NCBI GenBank assembly: GCA_044866005.1
Contig: JBIOTN010000119.1
Span: 1 to 20,577 of the forward strand
Length of the DNA: 20,577 bases
Reading direction: 5' to 3'
Source of the DNA: Candidatus Rokuibacteriota bacterium
Lineage (GTDB): Bacteria; Methylomirabilota; Methylomirabilia; Rokubacteriales; DASRDR01
Part shown: positions 1 to 8,083 of the stretch, piece after piece
Layout: each line of letters begins with the position of its first letter
Numbering within the stretch: the stretch's first letter is position 1
Position numbers and translations under genes: made by a program
Notes under the pieces: model-generated
Databases searched by the model: none
Told to the model about the DNA's origin: nothing
The model's input: the letters and a program-made list of their open reading frames with translations, nothing else

Positions 1-903
1 CCGAAGGTGGACGAGTACCGGATCCCCATGCTCTACCCCGTCGTCTCCGCGGACGACCTGACGCAGCGCAAGCCGGCCAGGTGGGTGATCCGCACCGGCT
101 GGACGTCGAGCCAGCCCAACCAGCCCTTCGGCGAGTGGGTGGCCCGGACGCTCGGCTACAAGAAGGTCGTGACCGTGGCCATGGACTACGCGTTCGGCTG
201 GGAGCAGGTGGCCGGCTTCCAGCGCACGTTCGAGGAGTCCGGCGGGCAGGTGATCCAGAAGCTCTGGCCGCCGCTCGGCACGACCGACTTCGCGCCCTAC
301 CTCGCCCAGATCCGCCGCGACACCGACGCGGTCTTCGCGGTGATGGTCGCCGCCTCCTCGCTCCGCTTCCCCAAGCAGTACCAGGACGCCGGGCTGAAGG
401 CCCGCTTCCCGCTCATCGGCGGCGGCACGAGCTTCGACGAGTTCGTGCTGCCCTCGCTCGGCGACGAGGCGATCGGGGGCGTGAGCCCCCTCATCTACAG
501 CGCGGCCATCGACACGCCGGTGAACCGCCGCTTCGTCAAGGACTATCGCGCCAAGTTCGGGAAGGTCCCCGGCTACTACTCGGAGACCTGCTACACCGCG
601 GCCCGGTGGATCGCCGAGGGCGCCAAGGCGGTGGACGGGAACGTCGAGGACCGGGAGCGGTTCCTGGCGGCGCTCCGGAAGGTGGAGATCCCCGACGCCC
701 CGCGCGGCCCCATCAAGCTCGACGCCCACGGCAACCCGGTCCAGAACATCTACGTGCGCAAGGTCGAGAAGCGGGACGGGGAGCTGTGGAACACGGTGAT
801 CCACACCTTCACGGGCGTGTCCCAGTTCTGGAAGTACCCGCCCGAGGAGTTCCTGAAGGAGCCCGTCTACAGCCGCGATCATCCGCCGTGCAAGCACTGC
901 TAG
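1..903 (+). CDS. Branched-chain amino acid (Liv/HAAT-type) ABC transporter substrate-binding protein, 5'-truncated by the window edge
   Basis: Frame is open from base 1. Periplasmic binding protein type-1 motifs: DYAFGWEQVAGF, PPLGTTDFAPYL, APRGPIKLDAHGNPVQNIYVRKV. Stop TAG at 901-903. Confidence 0.92.
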   Translation, partial: PKVDEYRIPMLYPVVSADDLTQRKPARWVIRTGWTSSQPNQPFGEWVARTLGYKKVVTVAMDYAFGWEQVAGFQRTFEESGGQVIQKLWPPLGTTDFAPYLAQIRRDTDAVFAVMVAASSLRFPKQYQDAGLKARFPLIGGGTSFDEFVLPSLGDEAIGGVSPLIYSAAIDTPVNRRFVKDYRAKFGKVPGYYSETCYTAARWIAEGAKAVDGNVEDRERFLAALRKVEIPDAPRGPIKLDAHGNPVQNIYVRKVEKRDGELWNTVIHTFTGVSQFWKYPPEEFLKEPVYSRDHPPCKHC

Positions 904-907
904 CGCT

Positions 908-1016
908 CCAGAGGGGGGCTCTGCCCCCCTCTGGGCAACCCCCCGGGAAGGGTTCTCGCGGCGAAGCCGCCGCTGGAAGCGGATCGTCGTCCGCGCGATG
1001 GCTCCGCCTCGCGTGG
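908..1016. repeat. Multi-hairpin intergenic palindromic element (REP/MITE-like or mRNA-stabilising structure)
   Basis: CCAGAGGGGGGC-TCT-GCCCCCCTCTGG (908-934), GCGGC-GAA-GCCGC (958-970), CCGCT-GGA-AGCGG (970-982), CCGCGCGA...TCGCGTGG (991-1016). Confidence 0.65.
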
Positions 1017-1042
1017 CGCGCGGTCAACCCGAGAGGAGTGCC

Positions 1043-1786
1043 GTGCCGCCGGCGCTGAGCCTGGCCGGCGTGTCGAAGGCGTTCGGCGGGCTGCGCGCCG
1101 TGGACGCCGTGAGCCTCGAGGTCCGGCCCGGCGAGCGGCGCGCCATCATCGGCCCGAACGGCGCCGGGAAGACGACGCTCTTCAACCTGATCAGCGGGGA
1201 GCTCCAGCCGAGCGCGGGGCGGATCACGCTCTTCGGCCGGGACGTCACGCGGCTCGCCCCGCACCGCCGCGCCGCCCTGGGCCTGGGCCGGACCTACCAG
1301 ATCACGAACCTGTTCCCGCGTCTCACGGTCCTCGACAATTGCCTGCTGGCCGCCCAGGGGCTGTCGTCCGTGAAGCTCCACCTCCACCGCGCGGTGGGCC
1401 GCTACCCGAAGCTCTTCGAGCGCGCCCGGGCGGCGCTCGCGGCGGTGGGGCTCGCCGGCAAGGAGGGGGACACCGTCCGCAACCTCTCCCACGGCGAGCA
1501 GCGCCAGCTCGAGATCGCCCTGGCCGTGGCCGGCGCCCCCAAGCTGCTCCTGCTCGACGAGCCGACCGCGGGGCTGTCGCCCGCCGAGTCCCACCTGATG
1601 ACCGCGCTCCTCAAGACGCTCGACCCCGCCATGACCGTGCTCATCATCGAGCACGACATGGACGTGGCCTTCGAGCTGACGAACCGGATCACCGTGCTCC
1701 ACTTCGGGCGCGTCGTGGCCGACGGCGTCGGCGACGCCGTCAAGGCCGACCCGCTGGTGCAGGAGATCTACCTGGGCACGGGCTAG
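1043..1786 (+). CDS. livG: ABC transporter ATP-binding protein, LivG-like
   Basis: Walker A GPNGAGKTT, signature LSHGEQRQLEIA, Walker B LLLLDEP, IEHDMD, C-terminal VQEIYLG. GTG start at 1043 chosen because GAGGAG lies just upstream. Confidence 0.92.
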   Translation: MPPALSLAGVSKAFGGLRAVDAVSLEVRPGERRAIIGPNGAGKTTLFNLISGELQPSAGRITLFGRDVTRLAPHRRAALGLGRTYQITNLFPRLTVLDNCLLAAQGLSSVKLHLHRAVGRYPKLFERARAALAAVGLAGKEGDTVRNLSHGEQRQLEIALAVAGAPKLLLLDEPTAGLSPAESHLMTALLKTLDPAMTVLIIEHDMDVAFELTNRITVLHFGRVVADGVGDAVKADPLVQEIYLGTG

Positions 1787-1847
1787 CCGCGGGCCGGCCC
1801 TCCGAGGGACGACGGCGGCGCCAGACACATCCGAGAGGAGGTCGACG

Positions 1848-2519
1848 ATGGCTCGGTCAGTGAGCATCGCAGCGGGACTCCTGGCGCTCGGCATCCTCGC
1901 CGGGTGCGCCTCGACGCCCGAGGGCCCGAAGCCCGCGCCCGGCGCGGCCGCCCCGGCGACGCCCTCGACCCCGGGGACCGGGGTCGCCTACCAGGAGGAC
2001 GACAAGCTCGGAGGCCGGGCGTGGGTGGCGCCCGGGTTCGACTTCCGAGGCTACGACACGCTGCTCGTCGGCGCCACGGCCGCCGACGTCCCCAAGCTCA
2101 ACCCGGACGGCGTCGAGAACCTGGAATGGGCCAAGGGCGTGCTGCGCGAGGAGATCGCGCGGGCGCTCTCCGCGACGAATCTCTTCGGCGCCGTGGTCAC
2201 CCGCGAGGCCGAGCTGAAACCGGGCGCCCGCACGCTGCGGCTCGAGCAGACGATCGTCGAGTACGAGAAGGGGGGCGGCGGGGCGCGGTTCTTCGCCGGG
2301 CTGTACGGCGCCGGCCAGCCCGTGATCAAGGTGCGCGGCCGTCTGACGGGCGAGGTCGCCGATCGGGCCCTCTTCCTCTACGAGGCGCGGCGGAGCGGCG
2401 ACACCGGGCTGGCCCGCGTGTTCGGGGGCTACCGGAGCGACAAGGCCATCCAGGAGGAGGACATCAAGGACCTGGCCCGGGACCTGGCGGATTTCATGGT
2501 TCGCGCGGGCAAGAAGTAG
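1848..2519 (+). CDS. Lipoprotein, DUF4410-like
   Basis: GAGGAGG RBS. Signal peptide with lipobox LAGC and Pro/Ala linker. Motif YEKGGGGARFFAGLYGAGQPVIKVRG resembles the DUF4410 family (from memory, not searched). Confidence 0.7.
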   Translation: MARSVSIAAGLLALGILAGCASTPEGPKPAPGAAAPATPSTPGTGVAYQEDDKLGGRAWVAPGFDFRGYDTLLVGATAADVPKLNPDGVENLEWAKGVLREEIARALSATNLFGAVVTREAELKPGARTLRLEQTIVEYEKGGGGARFFAGLYGAGQPVIKVRGRLTGEVADRALFLYEARRSGDTGLARVFGGYRSDKAIQEEDIKDLARDLADFMVRAGKK

Positions 2520-2559
2520 CGCGGGGAGGCCCGTCCGAGGTCCCGGGTCGCCGGAGGTC

Positions 2560-3612
2560 GTGACCGTGAAAGCCATGGTGCTGCGCCAGGCAGGGGGGCC
2601 GGTCCGGCTCGAGGACGTCCCGGTCCCCAAGATCGGGCCGAACGACGTGCTCCTGCGCGTCCGGGCGACGGGGGTCGGCCTGACCGTCGTCATCATGACC
2701 GCCGTCCCGGGGCGGGTCACGGCCTTCCCGCGCATCCCCGGCCACGAGGTGGCGGGCGAGGTGGTCGAGGTGGGCTCGGAAGTCGCGACGGCGAAGGTCG
2801 GCGACCGGGTCGCCTGTCACTTCTACCTCACGTGCAAGGTCTGTCCCTACTGCCGCAGCGGCCGGGAGACGCTCTGCCCGGCCTTCCGCGGCTACGTGGG
2901 CATGGCGTGCGACGGCGGCTACGCCGAGTACATGGCGATCCCGGCCGTCAACCTCTGTCCGATCCCGCCGGGCGTCTCGGACCTCGAGGCGGCGATCGGC
3001 GCCGACGCCATCTGCACCCCGCTCCACGCCTGTCGCGAGGAGGCGCGGATCGGCCCGGGCGACCACGTCCTCGTCGTGGGCGCGGGCGGCGGCGTGGGCG
3101 TCCACATGGTCCAGATGGCCCGGCTCTGCGGCGGCCGGGTCCTCGCCGCGGATCTGACCGACGCGAAGCTCGCCATGGCCCGCGAGGTCGGCGCCGACGC
3201 GCTGGTCGACGTGCGGCGGGACGAGCTGGCGAAGCAGGCGCTGGCCCTGACCGACGGCCGGGGCGTGGATGCGGTCATCGACTGCGTCGCGTCGCGGGAG
3301 ACGCTCGAGGCGGGCGTGCGGGCCCTCGCCCGCGCCGGCCGCCTGGTCATCATCGGCTCCCGGCCCCCGGCGGTGTTCGGCACCGATCCCACCTTCAGCG
3401 TGGACCCCCAGGCGATGCTCTACCGGGGCCTGGAGATCCACGGCTCGCGCTACGTCTCGCTGGCGGAGCTGGCCCAGACGCTCGAGCTGCTCCGCCAGCG
3501 GCGGATCCGGGCGATCGTGACGCGGGAGTTCCCGCTGGAGGGCGCCGAGGAGGCCCACCAGCTCCTCCGCCAGAACGCGCTGGTCGGGCGCGCGGCCTTG
3601 ATCCAGCCCTAG
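2560..3612 (+). CDS. Zn-binding MDR-family alcohol dehydrogenase-like oxidoreductase
   Basis: GGAGG RBS. GHEVAGEVVEVG motif, structural Zn site CKVCPYC...LC, Rossmann motif GAGGGVG followed by an acidic residue (ADL), which suggests NAD(H). Confidence 0.9.
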   Translation: MTVKAMVLRQAGGPVRLEDVPVPKIGPNDVLLRVRATGVGLTVVIMTAVPGRVTAFPRIPGHEVAGEVVEVGSEVATAKVGDRVACHFYLTCKVCPYCRSGRETLCPAFRGYVGMACDGGYAEYMAIPAVNLCPIPPGVSDLEAAIGADAICTPLHACREEARIGPGDHVLVVGAGGGVGVHMVQMARLCGGRVLAADLTDAKLAMAREVGADALVDVRRDELAKQALALTDGRGVDAVIDCVASRETLEAGVRALARAGRLVIIGSRPPAVFGTDPTFSVDPQAMLYRGLEIHGSRYVSLAELAQTLELLRQRRIRAIVTREFPLEGAEEAHQLLRQNALVGRAALIQP

Positions 3613-3652
3613 GTCGAATGGGCCGGCCCGGCGCCGCAGCGAGGAGGTGCTG

Positions 3653-4195
3653 ATGGGCGGGCTCCGCTCCGGGGCGGTCGCGATCACGACGCTCGGGCTC
3701 TGGGGCTGCGTCACGACGTCCATCGACGTGACGTTCGCGCCGGGATCGATCACGTTGCCGGGAGCGGGCACGACCTACCTCCACGCGCCGAGCGAGCCGC
3801 CGATCCACATCGGGGACGGGAAGGGCGACAGCGAGGAGATCCCGCGGGAATTCCGGCTCGCCAACCCGCCGCGCGGCTACGCGTGGAGGTTCCGGCTCGA
3901 CCGGGTCCCGACCTCGGCGGCGATGGAGGTGGTCACGCAGGGCCTCGCGGCGGCGGGCGACGCGCGGGGCTGCCACACCTACGCGGTCCTGAACGGGACC
4001 TCGGTCGCGCAGCTCACCGGCGGCGCGGGGGCCGGGGGCCGGACGACGAGCGTGGCGACGTTCCCGCTCGACCCGTCCACGTTCAAGGTCGGGGAGAACG
4101 TCCTCCAGATCGCGGGGGAGCCTTGCCGCAGCGCGCCGGCCGGCGACTCGCTCGACGACTCGCTGATCCGCTCGGTGCTGATCCGGGTGACCTGA
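3653..4195 (+). CDS. Hypothetical lipoprotein, probably a beta-sandwich domain
   Basis: GAGGAGG at 3641-3647 precedes ATG 3653. Hydrophobic leader ends in LWGC. Alternating beta-strand pattern and an FKVGENVLQI motif. Confidence 0.6.
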   Translation: MGGLRSGAVAITTLGLWGCVTTSIDVTFAPGSITLPGAGTTYLHAPSEPPIHIGDGKGDSEEIPREFRLANPPRGYAWRFRLDRVPTSAAMEVVTQGLAAAGDARGCHTYAVLNGTSVAQLTGGAGAGGRTTSVATFPLDPSTFKVGENVLQIAGEPCRSAPAGDSLDDSLIRSVLIRVT

Positions 4196-4233
4196 GGCCG
4201 AGGCTGGGGGCGCGGCGCCGGGCCGTCACCCGG

Positions 4234-4599
4234 TCAGGGGCCGACCTCGATCGGGTGCGTCAGCTGATCCTGAACCGGCCCCGCCAGGCGGACGGCGACG
4301 ACCCACCGCCCGGGCATCGGGAGCTCCAGCGTCCCCTGGTACGTGCCGGCGGGCTCGGCCGGCGTCGCCGTGACGGCCCGCAGGTTGTGGCCGAGCGGCA
4401 TCGACGGCATGTCGGCGGTCAGCGTGACCGTGGCGCCCTCGACCGGGCGGCCGGTGCGGCGGTCCGTCAGTCGGACCCGGCACTGCTGGCGGAGCGCGCT
4501 CGACTCCGGCGCGCAGGCGACCTCCACTGCGACCGAGGGCGGCGCGGGCGGGGCGCAGGCCATGGCCAGGACGCCGACCAGCACGAGGGTACGGGTCAC
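4234..4599 (-). CDS. YtkA/FixH-like small lipoprotein
   Basis: GTG start overlaps the stop of the upstream ATPase (GTGA). Leader ends in AMAC. Motifs PVEGATVTLTADMPSM and GTYQGTLELPMPGRWVV are typical of YtkA/FixH-like proteins. Confidence 0.72.
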   Translation of the reverse strand: MTRTLVLVGVLAMACAPPAPPSVAVEVACAPESSALRQQCRVRLTDRRTGRPVEGATVTLTADMPSMPLGHNLRAVTATPAEPAGTYQGTLELPMPGRWVVAVRLAGPVQDQLTHPIEVGP

Positions 4600-5276
4600 C
4601 GGCTTCCCAGGTACGCCGCCAGCACCCGCGCGTCGTGCCGCAGCCCCGCGGCCGGCCCGTCGAAGATCTTCGCGCCGAGATGGAGCACGACGACCCGCGG
4701 GCACAGGCGCGTGATGGCGCCCAGCTTGTGCTCCACGAGCACCGTGATCCGTCCCGGCGCGCCCGCGCGCTCCACGAGCCCCGCCATCGCGTCGGTCTCG
4801 GCGGGCGTCAGCCCGCCGAAGGGCTCGTCGAGCAGCAGCAGTCGCGGCCCACCGGCGAGCGCGCGGGCGAGCTCGAGGCGCCGGCCCTCGCCGGGTGTCA
4901 GCGCGCCGGCCAGGTCGGTCCGGCGCGCCTCGAGCCCGACGAAGGCGAGCCAGGGCCGGGCATCGATCGCCCGGCCCGCCCGGACATTTTCCTCCACCGT
5001 CATGCGCGTGAAGAGGCGCGGCGACTGAAAGGCGCGGGCGACCCCCGTCCGGGCCACCGCGTCCGGCGAGCGGCCGGTCAGGATCACCTCGCTCAGCCGA
5101 ATGCGCCCCGCTGCCGGCCTCACGAAGCCGGCGATGGCGTCGAGGAGCGTCGTCTTGCCGGCGCCGTTGGGGCCCACCAGGCCGAGACGCTCGCCCGCGG
5201 CCGCGACGAGGGTCACGCCCGCGAGCGCGACGGTGCGGCCGAAGCGGACGGAGAGGCCTTCGACGGCCAGGCTCAC
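4596..5276 (-). CDS. livG: ABC transporter ATP-binding protein, short LivG-like (second copy)
   Basis: GPNGAGKTT, LTPGEGRRLELARAL, LLLLDEP, VEHK, AAYLG. GTG start at 5276 overlaps the livM stop. Confidence 0.88.
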   Translation of the reverse strand: MSLAVEGLSVRFGRTVALAGVTLVAAAGERLGLVGPNGAGKTTLLDAIAGFVRPAAGRIRLSEVILTGRSPDAVARTGVARAFQSPRLFTRMTVEENVRAGRAIDARPWLAFVGLEARRTDLAGALTPGEGRRLELARALAGGPRLLLLDEPFGGLTPAETDAMAGLVERAGAPGRITVLVEHKLGAITRLCPRVVVLHLGAKIFDGPAAGLRHDARVLAAYLGSR

Positions 5277-6172
5277 ACGCGCGCCCGGGCGAAGCGCCGC
5301 CTCAGGCGTTGGACGGCGACCTCGTCCAGCAGCCCTCGCGGTCTCAGGATCAGCAAGAGCGCCACCAGCCCGCCGAAGATGATCATCCGGTATCCGCTCA
5401 GGATCCGGAACGACTCCAGCAGTCCGATGTCCAGGGCGACGCCGAGCGGGGGGCCGAGCGGCGTCCCCAGTCCCCCGATCAGAGCGTAGGCGACGCTGTG
5501 GACGCCCAGCATCACGTCCGCGTGACCGGGCTCGACGTAGGTCGCGTAGTGGGCGAACAGGCCGCCCCCGATCCCGGCGAGCCCGCCCGCGGCCGCCAGC
5601 GCCAGCGTCTTCACGCGCGCCACCGGCACGCCGAGCGCAGCCGCCAGCTCCTCGTCTTCGCCCAGCATCCGGAGGGCCTCGCCCCAGCGGGAGCGCAGGA
5701 GCCGGGCCATCAGCAGGAGGGTCAGCGCGAGCGCGCTCCCGATCGCGAGCGCATACGCGGTCACCGACGTCCCGCTGGTGAAGAGCAGGCGGATCCCCCG
5801 AAAGCCGTCGGCCCCGGCCGGCCCGAGCAGGTCCGGCCCCACGGGCACCCGGTAGTGGAGGCCGAGCAGCCCGACCCGCACCAGCTCGCCGAAGGCGAGG
5901 GTCCCCGCCGCGAACGCGAGTCCCCGTGTCCCCGTCATCGCGACCGCGACGAGCGCCCCTGCCAGCCCTGCCACCAGGCCGCCCGCGGCGATCCCCGCGA
6001 CGAGCGGAGCACCGAAGACCGCCGTGGCCATGCCCGCCGCGTACGCGCCGATCGCGAAGAAGCCTTGCTGGCCGAACGAGATGCGCCCGGTCACGAGCAG
6101 CAGGTACGCCGAGAGCGCGACGAAGGACTCGATCCCGACCCGGATCAGGAGCGAGACGACGTAGTCGCTCAC
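5273..6172 (-). CDS. livM: Branched-chain amino acid ABC permease, LivM-like (second copy)
   Basis: TGRISFGQQGFFAIGAY, LAFGELVR, GEDEELAAALGV, IGGLGTPLGP. Multiple hydrophobic helices. Confidence 0.9.
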   Translation of the reverse strand: MSDYVVSLLIRVGIESFVALSAYLLLVTGRISFGQQGFFAIGAYAAGMATAVFGAPLVAGIAAGGLVAGLAGALVAVAMTGTRGLAFAAGTLAFGELVRVGLLGLHYRVPVGPDLLGPAGADGFRGIRLLFTSGTSVTAYALAIGSALALTLLLMARLLRSRWGEALRMLGEDEELAAALGVPVARVKTLALAAAGGLAGIGGGLFAHYATYVEPGHADVMLGVHSVAYALIGGLGTPLGPPLGVALDIGLLESFRILSGYRMIIFGGLVALLLILRPRGLLDEVAVQRLRRRFARARV

Positions 6173-6221
6173 GGCCGAGGCCCGGGGACGAGCCCATGCG
6201 ACCCGGATCCGCCCGGGGCGC

Positions 6222-7094
6222 TCACAGGCGGTCGCCCCAGCGAAGCCGCGGGCTCGCGGCGACGACGAGGAACAGGAGCCCGTAGGCCACCAGGTCGCGG
6301 AACTGGCCGCCGAGGTAGGTCAGCGCCAGGACCTCCACGACGCCGAGGGCGAGACCGCCCAGGACGGCGCCGGGGAGCGAGCCGGCGCCCCCCAGCAGCA
6401 TCGCGGTCAGGCCCTTGACCGTGGCCCACAACCCGAAGTAGGGGGTGACCTGGCGGTGGCTCGCCGCGATCAGGACGCCGGCCACCCCGCCCACCGCCGA
6501 GGCCAGCAGGAACGCGACGGCGCTCACCGCCGCGACGTTGACGCCCATCAGAGCCGCCGCGTCCGGCGACTCGGACAAGGCCCGGATGGCCGTCCCGAGC
6601 CGCGTCCGGTAGAGCAGGACGAACAGGCCGACCATGATGGCCGTCGCGCCGCTCCACATGAGGAGCGCGTCCGACCGCAGCAGGATCGGTCCGAGGGCGA
6701 GGCTGGGCAGCCAGGCCGGCGCCGGGTACGGCATCGTCCGACTCGGCGAGCCGAGCGCGATCAGCTCCTGGAGCTGCATGGACACGGCGAAGGAGGAGAC
6801 CATGGCGACCACCGGCGCCTGGCGGAGCAGCGGGCGGAAGGAGCAGCGCTCGACGTACGCCCCCGCCAGCACGGCGCCGCCGACGGTCGCCGCGGCGACC
6901 GCGGAAAACGCGCCCGGCCAGGCCAGGTGGAGGCGGCTGCCGGCCCAGATCCCGAGCAGGATGGTCGGCCCGAAGGCGAGATTGAGCCGCCGCAGGACGC
7001 CGAAGATCAGCGTGAAGCCGAGGCCGAGGAGCGAGTAGGTCGCCCCGAGCATGACGCCGTCCACGGCCGCCTGGATAATTTCGAGCACTGTCAC
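6222..7094 (-). CDS. livH: Branched-chain amino acid ABC permease, LivH-like (second copy)
   Basis: GATYSLLGLGFTLIFGVLRRLNLA, RTRLGTAIRA, GGAGSLPGAVLGG. Confidence 0.92.
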   Translation of the reverse strand: MTVLEIIQAAVDGVMLGATYSLLGLGFTLIFGVLRRLNLAFGPTILLGIWAGSRLHLAWPGAFSAVAAATVGGAVLAGAYVERCSFRPLLRQAPVVAMVSSFAVSMQLQELIALGSPSRTMPYPAPAWLPSLALGPILLRSDALLMWSGATAIMVGLFVLLYRTRLGTAIRALSESPDAAALMGVNVAAVSAVAFLLASAVGGVAGVLIAASHRQVTPYFGLWATVKGLTAMLLGGAGSLPGAVLGGLALGVVEVLALTYLGGQFRDLVAYGLLFLVVAASPRLRWGDRL

Positions 7095-7101
7095 ATTGCC
7101 A

Positions 7102-7138
7102 GGTTGACAAAGTTAACCAAGGTGCTACCTTCATAACC
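7102..7138 (+). promoter_or_regulatory. Sigma70-type leaderless promoter with an overlapping inverted repeat (putative autoregulatory operator)
   Basis: TTGACA 7104-7109, 16 nt spacer, extended -10 TGcTACCTT (hexamer 7126-7131), then 7 nt to ATG 7139 with no SD. Imperfect palindrome GGTTGAC-AAA-GTTAACC at 7102-7118. Confidence 0.7.
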
Positions 7139-7651
7139 ATGAATACCAGGAATGCCCGGCACGTTGCGGGCAGCGATCGGATCAAATTGGCGGACGAGGT
7201 TTGGGTCGCGACGGCGCTCCTGCACCGCGAACAGCCCGGGCGTGAGGCCTTCACCCCGCAGGAGATCCGCGATCGCGCGGAACAAGAGGCCGCCGGCACG
7301 CCGCTGCGGCCGGGGTTCTACCCTCATGTGTCCCAGCACTGTGTGGCTAACCGCGCACCCAACCCTGGGCGGTATCGCATGCTCTACGCCACGGGCCAGG
7401 GGCGACGGTTGTTCCGGCCGGGGGATCCCTATGACCGCCGGCGCGAAGGCGGCAAGACGGTGCCGCGCCGCGAAGATTTGCCTGCTCGCTATCACTACTT
7501 GCTCGACTGGTATCACGCAGAGTACGCCCCTGCGGGCCGGGGTCCCGAAACGCCCGACCCCATTCTGGGACTTCGGGGGCTGGGCAAGGAGATCTGGGCC
7601 GGCGAGGAACCGGATGCATACGTCAGACGCCTCCGGGAAGGCTGGGCGTGA
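7139..7651 (+). CDS. Uncharacterised 170-aa putative antitoxin (globular N-terminal domain plus VapB-like acidic/aromatic tail)
   Basis: Directly upstream of the PIN gene with a GTGA overlap. C-terminal DPILGLRGLGKEIWAGEEPDAYVRRLREGW resembles PIN-neutralising antitoxin tails. Confidence 0.72.
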   Translation: MNTRNARHVAGSDRIKLADEVWVATALLHREQPGREAFTPQEIRDRAEQEAAGTPLRPGFYPHVSQHCVANRAPNPGRYRMLYATGQGRRLFRPGDPYDRRREGGKTVPRREDLPARYHYLLDWYHAEYAPAGRGPETPDPILGLRGLGKEIWAGEEPDAYVRRLREGWA

Positions 7652-8070
7652 GCCGAGTCTTTTGGGACACGAATCTCTTCATCTATTTGATCGAAGACTA
7701 TGGCGCCGCATCCGGGCGGGTCGCCAGGCTGCGCGAGCGGATGCTCGCGAGACACGACGACCTGTACACATCGGCATTGACGCTCGGCGAGGTCTTGGTC
7801 AAGCCCGTGGAAGCCGGCAACGATGACCTTCGGCGCGCTTACGAAGAGGCGATCACCGCGGCCGCCGTCGTGGTCCCGTTCGATGACGAGGCGGCGCGCG
7901 CCTACGCAGTGATCCGGCGGGACCGGACGATCCGGCCCCCCGATGCGATCCAGCTCGCGTGCGCCGCGCAGGCAGGCGTGGATCTGTTCATCACCAACGA
8001 CGAGCGGCTGAGCGAGAAGGTGGTGTCGGGCGTCCAGTTCGTGACCTCGCTCGACCGCGCGTTCCTCTGA
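7648..8070 (+). CDS. vapC: PIN-domain ribonuclease toxin (VapC family)
   Basis: VFWDTNLFIY, SALTLGEVLV, PPDAIQLACA, FITNDERL supply the four conserved acidic PIN active-site residues. Confidence 0.93.
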   Translation: MSRVFWDTNLFIYLIEDYGAASGRVARLRERMLARHDDLYTSALTLGEVLVKPVEAGNDDLRRAYEEAITAAAVVVPFDDEAARAYAVIRRDRTIRPPDAIQLACAAQAGVDLFITNDERLSEKVVSGVQFVTSLDRAFL

Positions 8071-8083
8071 GCCGTTCCCGGGA

